From Candidatus Thorarchaeota archaeon (GTDB taxonomy: Archaea; Asgardarchaeota; Thorarchaeia; Thorarchaeales; Thorarchaeaceae): a stretch of DNA of 64,000 nucleotides. Position 1 is the stretch's first letter, and each line of letters starts with the position of its first letter. Position numbers and translations under genes: made by a program. Below, piece by piece: positions 49,801 through 55,530 of this stretch. The stretch covers positions 249,559-313,558 of the forward strand of contig JBHLQH010000001.1 in the NCBI GenBank assembly GCA_048884965.1, in the 5' to 3' direction. The notes under the pieces were generated by a model. The model did no database searches. It saw only the letters and a list, made by a program, of their open reading frames with translations, and was not told the DNA's origin.

Positions 49801-50600
49801 GATCTGAATTTGGAATGGACGAGAAGCACTGGGACTTTCAAGTCATTCCGATCTCCGACATTATTAGCGCTGTGCCGACCAGAAATCTGATCTGCGCATT
49901 CATCTCCGGATCTTCTCCATCAAAGGAACAGATGATAAAGATGGAGGCATTTGGAAGAGCTGTTGGTGCGATGTTTGATGAGTATGCAGCTATCGCACCA
50001 ACGCATGTGCTTGATGAAGAGAGTGAGGGTCTCTTCACTTCTCTGTTCATGGATATGATGGATGGTGAATTCCTCACAGCATACAAGAAACGAGAGGCTG
50101 CTAGGATCCCACGTAGCATGAGCTGTCTGTCTACTGTTGTTGGACGGATGGAGGGTGATGAGTTCACTCTTGATGAACTTGCTAGAGGGATGGCAATGTG
50201 CGGGATGGAAGAAGGCGAGGCCTATATTCAAGTGATGGACGCTATTGAGAACGATCTCATCGCACCTGCCAATGGGAGCAAGCCCATAGATTTGACCCCG
50301 AAAGACAGGGACTACAAGTCCCATGAAACTGAGTCCGACTCTTTGGAACCTTCAGAAGACGATTCATTGGAATCCCTAGAGGCTGACTCTATCGAATCCA
50401 TTGAGGATGATTCTCTGAAGCCCCCTGATGATGAATCTCTGAACCCCCATGATGAAGATTCTATGAAACCTCCTGTGGATGATACCTTCGAGCCCTTGGA
50501 TGAATCTCTGAAGCCCCCTGATGAGGAGGACTTCGAACCTCTCGATGACTCTTTGGAGCCTCCTGACGATGACTCTCCAGAATACGACCTCAATGAATAG
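43815..50600 (+). CDS. Giant type-I membrane glycoprotein C (paralog with extra repeats and an acidic tail)
   Basis: Same architecture with more repeat units; IILHKKSGLPIYSKTLKGGFDESMVSAFITAVSHF. Confidence 0.8.
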   Translation: MLARGKSLIFIVVLFIPLLVIPTNRGTIYNSNNTMLAPTPEDTPVSLGNPSLPRTNQIFENYANKFSIAQSDINGILDPVSIEQQGYYASGNISARTDNGLNTGTNLSLDSAHNWVADLAEVSVWNLEKLYAVNGSFDEGIPGTNVFPSGDVSYHPVGWDANSTDTATYADDVQIAAYDSSGRQYITVESQGGKEGQNAFGHVAGTEILWTQEMVNAPYTEDFVLSFDYFYLRGPIDGPGVNPLTGNCSIALFINGTNVWNMSLLLLSQRGVWFETGDIPITIPSAPSAMLFEIGLVIDESLILDKRYDYDGDAENLPDGIDNSAYITVFMDDISFIKSVAPTPEEVDLEFTTGGVFSPLTGSLGIYNASITNTSYWTISPIPVEVVSNTSVSFDYEARLLAHRFTDSNWRTDISDYGVSYTVQHGISPSLTFYSYVGYLGGYEEPQMIIRFPKDWENATISDPFLIDLTGSCTIMEGNISVPSSILDRLGWWQIELESPNYAKAIEIQKYDSSTGWEAATTYRVGNETRPSVEIGTLLETPSTLSNVNISWYMPNGTIWFYESASGGIDGAINGTSKILDNSLAGQWQIEYIWCNGTEVAYQVGHFEVYHSSTLTSLDTIIETEVGDIITGRVRFLDGDNGNYLMENAIIKANWSGSALAFDPNPTRKWWEVDLDTSVVGAGLFLVKVNATLPYYDLAFCEFSVLATNVTRLTSPNSPWTSAAWEDIATLTFNYQRYDSISTVWVPVTNTTNDVVATVNWTLGEWAISESGVAGIYELTINTAVKPVGDYLLNVSFSKPAHQTKQLVLALVVTPQVSTLNIFNGTSAQLDIADTFVLKMNYTDSGGHYVEGATIVVDQVTPSSGLSISTIDPVSGELGNYSLSITINGIGVYTIRFLASKDGYQSAASVFILVVNDVPTDLSVTSGATAQIDLSDTFTATYHFEMFNGSPIVGAQLSVLYSGPAGGLSWNAPVDEGSGDYSIQFDSTISGAYLITVASVKPYFQSDAVSFFLSVNEISTNFVVLNGTADTIDFGQTYHLVLYYSNVTPYGLAGATVEIVTISPSSGLQSSSITDEGNGLYSLTLDPHQVEIFTLVIRANLTNHQTQVTSFTLNVNDIITSLEIKTGISAEIGLTDTFEAIAYYEMFNGTGVENANINVYYSGPSGLSWTPPSDEGLGNYSLVFSATTSGTYLVTITASKTDHQTASSYFFLLIGDITTHLDVLNGTSKTIEYGQTCRLVLSYYNTSYTGLEGANLSIISVTPSIGLALGAFVEEGNGFYSIILDPQVDDTFTLLFSANLTNHQTQFATFTLVSNPVSTELMILNSTTSLAVIQNFTLYLRYETGSAVGIPGATLEISTSPVGLTLSEFEDVGNGYYRIYIFPTQTGSFQFTVSGSKQFYQTESASVFLVVNEIASELLMLNGTSETILFGESFNLVVLFKNSSAYGLQGASLSFISISPSGLSTTPFLDEGEGIYSTTLSPTKSRTFSILIKANLTNHEVKYGSYILVVEPISTVLKAMNSTETISVDSNYNLTLRFEDGYGNGISGALVETINTPDGIAISFIQDIGLGYYRIHLDPSGVDVFNLLFKASRENHQNASVAYILEVSLIPTVIYFEGDITSGSTLFGEEFNIHAFFHRTDTTMNVTSAVVNATSSEEALIFIIEDLGEGYRIGVKAYELGIHVINVLISKDNHESHIARFTLTVQEIPTVLLWENVPEEISFNQTHIMTFSYLFDGNDSGISDHSIQVVGSKANWVSIEQIDVGTYELTIRANEIGTFSLSFQFSGAGLEDQNFALTFSVVTIRVDVRLISESISLEGLTYNIIVDLVQAGTNISITNAVLSCRLDYPDSLWTIMSEISPGRYGGNILLPSVDATTSYEILFYLDKANHNLLPLSLSLVVNNDVGQDIMRVVTYGGSSGGLLLVLLIGLRMSRTRKRKRNLKAIAIKQRFDDVKNMIGIIILHKKSGLPIYSKTLKGGFDESMVSAFITAVSHFRSEFGMDEKHWDFQVIPISDIISAVPTRNLICAFISGSSPSKEQMIKMEAFGRAVGAMFDEYAAIAPTHVLDEESEGLFTSLFMDMMDGEFLTAYKKREAARIPRSMSCLSTVVGRMEGDEFTLDELARGMAMCGMEEGEAYIQVMDAIENDLIAPANGSKPIDLTPKDRDYKSHETESDSLEPSEDDSLESLEADSIESIEDDSLKPPDDESLNPHDEDSMKPPVDDTFEPLDESLKPPDEEDFEPLDDSLEPPDDDSPEYDLNE
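50337..50597 (+). repeat. Degenerate 21-24 nt coding tandem repeat (~11 units, DSLEPxDD-like)
   Basis: DSLEPSED/DSLESLEA/DSIESIED/DSLKPPDD/ESLNPHDE/DSMKPPVD/DTFEPLD/ESLKPPDE/EDFEPLD/DSLEPPDD/DSPEY. Confidence 0.85.
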
Positions 50601-50837
50601 GGCTCTACGCGATTAACCCTCAGGAATAGAGATACGCGTCACTAGGTGTCTGTATAAGTCCACATCTGAGAGAAGAAAGTCACCCCTCTCCCCATCAGTT
50701 CCTTTGGAGCCGATTTTCTGAGCTTTATAGAGTTCGAGAGGAACTGCATTTTAACGCAGTACTGGGCTCATCCATTTTGTATCATATCTGTGTAATACCA
50801 CTGTATCATCTGAATACCCGTGAATTAGCTATGTAGC

Positions 50838-50898
50838 TTTATATACAATCCAGTGGAAATAGAGGTGAGTTGTACTTCAGAAAGGAGGTACGAACTCA
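50838..50898 (+). promoter_or_regulatory. TATA box and 5' leader hairpin
   Basis: tttatata at 50838-50845; tgagttgtacttc-agaaag-gaggtacgaactca stem at 50866-50898, near the expected transcription start. Confidence 0.5.
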
Positions 50899-50929
50899 GA
50901 ACGTCTTAGCAATCACGGAGAAGCGAACA

Positions 50930-51076
50930 ATGACCGATTCTAACACCCCTCGTCCCTCATCAACCCTTCAGAAGAATGCCGAAGTACTCCATGTCCTCTA
51001 TGGACTCCTAGACAGTGACCGCGAACCGACCGATGCTGATGCTGCCAGCCTTCGAGTCCTCTACGCGAGCTCCTGA
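50930..51076 (+). CDS. Candidate 48-aa microprotein
   Basis: ATG 50930 with GGAG 9 nt upstream; MTDSNTPRPSSTLQKNAEVLHVLYGLLDSDREPTDADAASLRVLYASS; many C-ending codons. Confidence 0.55.
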   Translation: MTDSNTPRPSSTLQKNAEVLHVLYGLLDSDREPTDADAASLRVLYASS

Positions 51077-51084
51077 ATTACGCT

Positions 51085-51250
51085 CCTCATTTAACATGAG
51101 GTCTACATTCGCGGCTCCGTGTGCACCTCCCGGCAACTGAGACGCAACGTGGGGGATTCGTCCCCCACACCCTCTTCCTATGACCGCTATGTGGATCTGA
51201 TGACTATGACTAAAACACGATTGGGTACTACCCGCGGAACAAAGACTCTC
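51085..51250 (+). ncRNA. Candidate structured RNA or 3' UTR element
   Basis: gtggggga-TTCG-tcccccac (51149-51168), cctcat/atgagg hairpin, long-range ttcgcgg/ccgcggaa and cgtgt/acacg complementarity. Confidence 0.35.
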
Positions 51251-51317
51251 CTGCAAAAACATAAACTCAAACGAAGAAGGAACCCCATGATTGAAGCATT
51301 ATTGACGAGTCACTGTA

Positions 51318-51980
51318 CTACACAAGGATTGAAAGACTAACTGAGTCTTCGAGTATCTGGTATGCGAATTTGACCGTTATTTTTTCCTCGGTTACCTGTG
51401 AAACTGCATTCAGCACTCCTTGTGCTAGTCCCACAACGAATTGGGGTGCTGCACACTCATCAACTTCAATACCCTGATCACCAACAAGCTTGGTCTTTCC
51501 GCTTTTATCCAAGATTGGTTTAAGCTCACTTTTTATGATTAGATCGAGCGATGTCTGGTACCTTGCTCCCATTCTAAGAATCGGGTCCCTCCACTCCAGC
51601 CACATTCGTTTCCCGATTTCTTCCCCTGCAACAAATAGTGCGTCTGGTGATTTGAGCTTTGACAATAGAACTGAAATGAATCGATTATAGTTCTTGTTTG
51701 GATTTTCATCCTTCAAGATTTGAGCTAGGATTTGGCTGACTTGTCCAGATTCGGGACTTTCTGAAATGACAACTGGTGCCCTATCTTCATCGACTAAGAT
51801 TACTCGTTCAACATTTCTAACTGAATAATTCCTGTCCACATATATGGTGACAAAGTGATCATTATGGGGAAGTACCAATGCGGCAAGGCTTGTGGTAGAT
51901 AGAACCTGGTCTAATCTAGCTTCACTAATTTCTGTACTAAAAATGACATCGCAGACGCATTTTATTGTAAGCTTCACCAT
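51318..51980 (-). CDS. Hypothetical protein with an N-terminal CxC..HxxH segment
   Basis: 220-aa ORF; KCVC and PHNDHFVTIYVDRNYSVR; GGAG upstream. Confidence 0.75.
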   Translation of the reverse strand: MVKLTIKCVCDVIFSTEISEARLDQVLSTTSLAALVLPHNDHFVTIYVDRNYSVRNVERVILVDEDRAPVVISESPESGQVSQILAQILKDENPNKNYNRFISVLLSKLKSPDALFVAGEEIGKRMWLEWRDPILRMGARYQTSLDLIIKSELKPILDKSGKTKLVGDQGIEVDECAAPQFVVGLAQGVLNAVSQVTEEKITVKFAYQILEDSVSLSILV

Positions 51981-52038
51981 AAAATCCTACTCTCCGAACA
52001 ACATGAAAAACATTGTGTATTTGAATATAAAAATAGGA

Positions 52039-52060
52039 CATGGCTCAAACCCGAGCCATG
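52039..52060 (-). terminator. Hairpin after the APC permease
   Basis: catggctc-aaaccc-gagccatg followed by a minus-strand T-run. Confidence 0.5.
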
Positions 52061-52073
52061 CATTGAAAGAATG

Positions 52074-53414
52074 CTACTGTGGCTTTCTCAAGGCAACGTA
52101 GACTAGTATTAACACCATTGCTACTGAGAACAATAGCAATATTGGGATGTTGATTGCTGCGTTTGAGAAGTTTAGTAAGATAAGATATCCACTCAAGAGG
52201 ATTGAAAGTGGGAACACTATCAAGTACGCAGGCGTCTTAAATGGTCTGACAAGGGCTGGCATTGTCATCCTGAACCTGAGCGCTGATACTCCAGCTGGAA
52301 GCATTGCAGAAAGCAAAACCAATGTAACTCCAACTCCAGCTACAATATCCACCGAGTATGTACTTAGATACGTATTGATATCCATCACTAGTACCATTGC
52401 AACAGCGATTATTCCTGTAAACACAGCACCAAGTATCTCAGATGCACCTAGACCGGATTTCTCACTGCTAAGTCGACTTGGAAGAACTCCATCTTTTGAT
52501 AGGATTTTGATCTGTTTATTGGTGACTGCCATCATCGCATAGCCAGTACCTGCTGCTGAGAATGCTGCAAATGCAAAGATTGCGCTTGGTGGAACCCCAA
52601 TTGTCGTTGATAGGTACATTATCAAACCTATCGATCCTGTGTCTGGAGGCGGTGGGAATGTTCCAATTGCCACAATTCCAGCTGCTCCAAGTGATACCAA
52701 TAGATAAAGCACTAGGAAGATGGGCAAAGCAATAAGAATTCCTTTGGGTACATTCTTCTCAGAATTAGATGTTTCACCTGCAAATACAAGCATCACTTCG
52801 AATCCGAGGAGTGCCCAAATACTCAAGTTCAGTGATTCTTGGAAACCTGCCAAGGTTGGAGGTTCAAATGTTGTTGCAGGGGACCAGTTCATTAGCACCA
52901 GCAGGGTAACGCCCACTACGAGTATGATCTTGATCAAAGCCCATACAAAGGATATGTTACCAAATTTCTTCCCCGGTGTAAATCCAGCGAGGAACATGAA
53001 TATGACAACATACACTGCCGTCAAGATTGCGATATTTAGTGTTGCTAGAAGACTGAAGTCTATTGCTGCTAGGGTGAAAAGTGCTGATACAAAAGCGAGC
53101 ACTGCTCCTACACACCAATATGCAACAAGATACAGGACCCCAAATAGAGACCCTGCTTTCTTCCCGAACACACCACCTACATAACTGTAAGGACCACCTC
53201 CTTGGGGGAACATGCTCACACACTCAGCATACGCGAGACCTACTGTGAACATAAGGATCCATCCTACAAACAGTGCAGGTAAACTAAAGATACCTGCTGA
53301 GTTGGACCAAAGGAGAGAATCTTTCCAGATTCCTGACCCAATTACAGTTGTGAGGCCTATTCCGATTATTCCCAAAAGGGAAATACCTTCTTTGCTTTCC
53401 AAAGTTAGCACCAC
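52074..53414 (-). CDS. APC-family amino acid permease
   Basis: VIGSGIW, YAEC..FPQGGGPYSY, LGFE, NVPKGI, RPFK; about 12 TM. Confidence 0.88.
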   Translation of the reverse strand: MVLTLESKEGISLLGIIGIGLTTVIGSGIWKDSLLWSNSAGIFSLPALFVGWILMFTVGLAYAECVSMFPQGGGPYSYVGGVFGKKAGSLFGVLYLVAYWCVGAVLAFVSALFTLAAIDFSLLATLNIAILTAVYVVIFMFLAGFTPGKKFGNISFVWALIKIILVVGVTLLVLMNWSPATTFEPPTLAGFQESLNLSIWALLGFEVMLVFAGETSNSEKNVPKGILIALPIFLVLYLLVSLGAAGIVAIGTFPPPPDTGSIGLIMYLSTTIGVPPSAIFAFAAFSAAGTGYAMMAVTNKQIKILSKDGVLPSRLSSEKSGLGASEILGAVFTGIIAVAMVLVMDINTYLSTYSVDIVAGVGVTLVLLSAMLPAGVSALRFRMTMPALVRPFKTPAYLIVFPLSILLSGYLILLNFSNAAINIPILLLFSVAMVLILVYVALRKPQ

Positions 53415-53543
53415 ACAACGGAAGAATATAGTACGTATTCCACATTATATTGGTATTTAGTATAAGATACAATCATTTAACATTGTTAATCTTTGTAATT
53501 GTATCATATGGAATCGAAATGGAGAAATAGCTGCCATAGACAG

Positions 53544-54308
53544 ATGTCCATTATGGGGATAGATAGAGCAAATAGCTACCATGAAGCCGCTGAGTATTAC
53601 GATCTCTTCGCAAGCAACTACGATTTGGACTTTTACAGATCTATGGCTGATAGCGTTGAAGGCTCTATCCTTGAGTTGGCATGTGGGACCGGAAGAGTAA
53701 CTCTTGAACTGGCAAAGCGAGGACATGAGATTGTCGGCCTTGATGCTACTGAAGCGATGCTTTCCATAGCTCGTTCAAAAGCTCAGGCTCTTGGAGCAGA
53801 CATCCTAGCAAGAGTGACATTCATCTCTGGGAATATCTCTGATTTCAAGCTTAATCGAACATTTGACCTGATAATCATTCCTTCCTCATTCAAGTTCAAT
53901 CTCACAACGGAGGAGCAACTATCATGTCTTCGAAGCATCAAAGACCATCTCTCACCTGAAGGTCTATTCATTCTGGATCACTTCCCTGGTGGGGTTCAAG
54001 CTGAGTATGATGAGCGCAGAGAGGGACCTATCCATCATCAAGGAAGGTCCATAGAGCGACATATCATTGTGAGGTCCAATTTCATTGACCAGCTTCAGCG
54101 ATTCACAATTACTTATGCAATAACTCATGCTGATGGTACTACTAGTGAGTTTACTACGACTAACACTCAAGCATTGATTTTTGAGCGGGAGATTGAATTG
54201 CTTCTTAGACTATCAGGGTTCACTATCAATGACGAATATGGTGATTGGGATTTCACCCCTCCATCTGATTCATCTGGTAGAAGGATATTCATACTTGAAT
54301 CAAAATAA
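53544..54308 (+). CDS. Class I SAM-dependent methyltransferase (start uncertain, 53544 or 53553)
   Basis: ILELACGTGR, GLDAT..ML, FDLIII, HLSPEGLFILD. Confidence 0.88.
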   Translation: MSIMGIDRANSYHEAAEYYDLFASNYDLDFYRSMADSVEGSILELACGTGRVTLELAKRGHEIVGLDATEAMLSIARSKAQALGADILARVTFISGNISDFKLNRTFDLIIIPSSFKFNLTTEEQLSCLRSIKDHLSPEGLFILDHFPGGVQAEYDERREGPIHHQGRSIERHIIVRSNFIDQLQRFTITYAITHADGTTSEFTTTNTQALIFEREIELLLRLSGFTINDEYGDWDFTPPSDSSGRRIFILESK

Positions 54309-54413
54309 CACCTGACTGCTATCCTTGCTGATTGGAATGGTCACAAACTTGGTTTGTTTCTAATCGGATTCTCACCATGCCTCTCGCAAGAGCTCTTCAA
54401 TCATCTTACGATA

Positions 54414-55145
54414 CTAAAGGTGTTTTTCAAGGTACTCAATATTGAACTCGATGATATCCGGTTTTGACACAGCTCCATGCCCAGGAACAATCCAATCAAT
54501 ATCTAATTCTTTCAACCGTTGCAGATTTGATATCCAAGCCTCTATTTTAATTGAATCCGGTCTGATATTCGGATCCCTGCCTTCAACAACTACATCGCCT
54601 GTAAAAAGCACCTTGGCCTTTTTGTGATACACTGCGATATCTCCAGGAGTGTGTCCTGGAACTGATAGGATTTTGATTTCATCTTCAATGTCGAGTATCA
54701 CATCTTTAGTGATTGCTTCATCTGGTTCACTAACGACTACATTTCCAAGAACATCCTCAGGATTGAACTTCTCTCTTATTCTACATGCAATCGAGTTGCT
54801 AGATAGGTCTCCCATGGTTCTCATTATTTCTGCAGAATGGGCATGCGCTAATACATGAGCTCCCCTTCTTTTCATTGCATCCATACCGAAACAGTGGTCA
54901 GTATCTTTGTGCGTGAGAATTAGGAGTAAATCTTCTTCTCCTGTCATCTTCTCCTCTGCAATACTCCATATGTATTCGCCAGAGTGTAATGACATCCCTG
55001 AGTCAATGAATATGATTGCTTCCGGTGTCTGGATGATACCAGCATTAACACCAATAGGCGCAAAGAAATGGATTAGTCTGGTTATGGCAGTAACGCCTGG
55101 TGCGATTTCTAATACTTGAGGTTCTCCAATGCCTTGAGGTGTCAT
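54414..55145 (-). CDS. Metallo-beta-lactamase-fold hydrolase (variant HxDxDH)
   Basis: IDSG, THKDTDH, PGHTPG, FTGD, VPGHG. Confidence 0.85.
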   Translation of the reverse strand: MTPQGIGEPQVLEIAPGVTAITRLIHFFAPIGVNAGIIQTPEAIIFIDSGMSLHSGEYIWSIAEEKMTGEEDLLLILTHKDTDHCFGMDAMKRRGAHVLAHAHSAEIMRTMGDLSSNSIACRIREKFNPEDVLGNVVVSEPDEAITKDVILDIEDEIKILSVPGHTPGDIAVYHKKAKVLFTGDVVVEGRDPNIRPDSIKIEAWISNLQRLKELDIDWIVPGHGAVSKPDIIEFNIEYLEKHL

Positions 55146-55530
55146 ACTGGGCTTTTGGGTTATATTATATAATATATTCTTATTAACGCCAAAATGAGCT
55201 TTATTTTAAACAACCATTGATGAGAGATCTTCAATCATTTCTCAGTCTTTGACCACTGAAATTAACCATCCAATTGGTTCATGATTATATCCTTGTGTGT
55301 TTTACTATTGGAGTGGAAAAAAGTAGGCTCCTGCCTATCGTTACAGTTATATCAAGAAGATGCTCCTGAGCAAATATCATTTTAAGGCGGGAAATAAAGC
55401 TTCACGGACGAAAGAGAGAGAGCACGTGTTCCAACTCATATAGTGGAAAGAAGTCGTCAGTGGGTTTTGGACCCCTCTTGTACAATCTATCTCTTTTGCA
55501 GTCAGTGATAGATAGCTAGATTCTTGTCTG

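Noticed and set aside
50337-50597. Periodic repeat as a CRISPR array
   Set aside because: It is an in-frame degenerate coding repeat with no unique spacers and no cas genes.
51074-51097. Selenocysteine read-through of the microprotein TGA
   Set aside because: Read-through adds only five more codons before TAA, with no Cys-homolog context or recognisable SECIS.
51195-51220. CTGATGA suggesting a hammerhead ribozyme
   Set aside because: The required GAAA is absent (TAAA instead), stem II is not convincing and the cleavage triplet is invalid.
50866-51260. tmRNA-like or RNase P interpretation of the microprotein locus
   Set aside because: There is no tRNA-like acceptor or T-arm ends. gaagaaagtc (~50672) only loosely resembles RNase P CR-I, and no matching CR-V was found.
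55215-55260. TGATGA ... CTGA as a C/D-box sRNA
   Set aside because: It is too short, with no internal C'/D' boxes or terminal stem.
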